A DNA stretch of 64,000 nt from positions 128,001 to 192,000 of the forward strand of contig CAVYCN010000004.1 in assembly GCA_963767005.1 (NCBI GenBank), in the 5' to 3' direction. Of this stretch, positions 62,302 through 64,000 are shown in pieces (the first letter of the stretch is position 1; every line of letters starts with the position of its first letter). Made by a program: the position numbers and the translations under genes. The notes beneath the pieces were generated by a model that ran no database searches, was not told where the DNA came from, and was given only the letters and a program-made list of their open reading frames with translations. The stretch comes from an uncultured Actinomycetes bacterium. Lineage in GTDB: Bacteria; Actinomycetota; Thermoleophilia; UBA2241.

Positions 62302-64000
62302 TTGTTTGCCGCGATCGGCAGGTTCTCGTACCGGTTCCGCTGGGCGGTGATCGCCGTCTGGGTCGCGGCGTTCCTGCTCGGGCTGGTGGCGGTGCCGCAC
62401 CTGCACGGCGAGCTCAAGGGCGGCGGCTTCTCGAACGCCCGAGCGCCCGCCCAGCGCGCCCTCGACCTCATGCACGCGCGGCTCCACACCGGGCTCGCCA
62501 GCGTCCAGATCGTCTTCACCAGCCCGACGCTCGACGCCGCCGGGGCGCGCTTCCAGGCGGCCGAAGCCCGGACGCTCGCCGGCGTGACACCGGCGGCGGT
62601 GCCCGGCCTGCAGACGATCGACACGTACGCCTCGAGCGGCGACCGCACGCTCCTGTCGAGCGACCGCCGGGCGTCGCTTGCCACCCTGGTCTTCTCGACG
62701 CAGATCGAGCAGGCTCAGCAGCAGGTCGATCGCATCCGGTCACTGCTGCGGCCGGCCGGCCTGCGCGCCTACGTCACCGGCGACCCCGCCGTCTACCAGG
62801 CGCTCGAGACGGTCTCGGCGAGCGACCTGCGGCGCGCCGAGACCTACGCGCTGCCGTTCGCCCTGGTCGTGCTCGTGATCGTGTTCGGCAGCGTGGTGGC
62901 GGCCGCCCTTCCGGTGATCGGCGGCGGCTTTGCCGTCACTGTGACGCTCGGCCTGCTGTACGTGCTCGCGGGGCGCTTCAGCCTGTCGATCTTCACGATG
63001 AACACGGCGTCGCTGCTGGGGCTCGCCGTGGGCATCGACTACGCCCTGTTCATCGTCGGGCGCTTTCGCGAGGAGCTCGGCCGCGGCCGGAGCGTCGGCA
63101 CCGCCGTCGAGATCACCGTGACCAGCGCCGGCCGTGCCATCTTCTTCAGCGGCATCGCCGTCATGGTCGGGCTCTCCGGCCTCCTGCTGTTCTCGTACAT
63201 GTCGCTGCGCTCGATCGGCGTGGGCGGCGCCATCGTCGTGGCCTTCTCAGTGCTGTCGGCCCTCACGCTGCTGCCGGCCGTGCTCGGCGTGCTGGGCCGA
63301 CGCGTCGACGCGCTGCGCCTCTTCGGCCGCCGCGGCGGTGAGAGCCGGTTCTGGCACGCCTGGGCGGGCTGGGTGATGGACCATCCCGTCGTGGTGCTGA
63401 TCGGGACCATCGCTGTGATCGCCGTCTTCGCCGGGCCCCTCCTGCGCATCCGCACGAACGTGCCGACGGCCACCTCGCTGCCCACTTCCCAGGAGGCCCG
63501 TCAGGGCTACGACCTCATCCAGAGCCGCTTCGACCGTGGCGCGCTCAACCCCGTCGAGGTGCTCGTCACCTGGGACGGCGCGGGTCCGGCCGACCCCACC
63601 GCGGCGCGCAACCTGGCCGTGCTGTACGACCTCGGGCAACGGCTCGCGCGGCTGTCCGACGTCGAGGGCGTGACAAGCATCGTCAACCGGCCGGGGATCG
63701 GTTCGGCTGCGGCCGCGCGGGCGTTCTGGGTCACCGTGGCGCGGTCGGACCTGACCGCGCCGGGCGCAGGCACGCAGGCGGCGGCGACCGGCGCCGCGGG
63801 CGCCGCGCCCTCGACTCGGGCGCTCGCCGCCGCCCGCGGGCAGCTCGCCGCGACGACGGCGCGCGACACCGTGCTGTTCCAGGTGGCGCCGCGCAGCGAC
63901 CCGAGCGGCGGCTCCGCCCAGGCGCTGTCGCAGACGATCAAGACGCTGACCTTGCCGCCCGGCTACACCGTGCACGTCGCCGGGCTGTCGGCCGGGACGC
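62302..64000 (+). CDS. MMPL-family transporter (runs off the window; missing from the ORF track)
   Basis: GGAGG RBS then TTG; VFGSVVAAALP, GLAVGIDYALF..GRFREEL, AGRAIFFSG. Confidence 0.92.
   Translation, partial: MFAAIGRFSYRFRWAVIAVWVAAFLLGLVAVPHLHGELKGGGFSNARAPAQRALDLMHARLHTGLASVQIVFTSPTLDAAGARFQAAEARTLAGVTPAAVPGLQTIDTYASSGDRTLLSSDRRASLATLVFSTQIEQAQQQVDRIRSLLRPAGLRAYVTGDPAVYQALETVSASDLRRAETYALPFALVVLVIVFGSVVAAALPVIGGGFAVTVTLGLLYVLAGRFSLSIFTMNTASLLGLAVGIDYALFIVGRFREELGRGRSVGTAVEITVTSAGRAIFFSGIAVMVGLSGLLLFSYMSLRSIGVGGAIVVAFSVLSALTLLPAVLGVLGRRVDALRLFGRRGGESRFWHAWAGWVMDHPVVVLIGTIAVIAVFAGPLLRIRTNVPTATSLPTSQEARQGYDLIQSRFDRGALNPVEVLVTWDGAGPADPTAARNLAVLYDLGQRLARLSDVEGVTSIVNRPGIGSAAAARAFWVTVARSDLTAPGAGTQAAATGAAGAAPSTRALAAARGQLAATTARDTVLFQVAPRSDPSGGSAQALSQTIKTLTLPPGYTVHVAGLSAGT

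Overview
This is a high-GC bacterial chromosome segment close to the origin (recF end, dciA, gyrB, gyrA, trpS, a parS site, rsmG-parA-parB). Gene content and style suggest a deep-branching, probably anaerobic actinobacterium such as a Thermoleophilia-like lineage (inference, not verified). The strongest signal is a trimethylamine methyltransferase gene (MttB family, 17389-18858) that the ORF track splits in two. The break is a single in-frame TAG at 18370-18372, at the position occupied by pyrrolysine in methanogen MttB, so it is most likely genetic-code expansion rather than a stop. The window also holds a B12-dependent lysine-fermentation operon (regulator-kamB-kamD-kamE-thiolase-kdd) and a three-gene module encoding an anchored alpha/alpha-barrel surface protein, a MotA/TolQ/ExbB protein and a DUF2149 protein. 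Other content includes a decayed ~3.7 kb island at tRNA-Ala(CGC) with a degenerate att copy, a ~1500-aa HTH-5xGAF-HD-GYP-Cache-like-GGDEF protein, a polyprenol-type glycosylation cluster, and a 58-bp palindromic repeat that occurs both in tandem and dispersed. All product calls come from motif recognition; no database searches were run.
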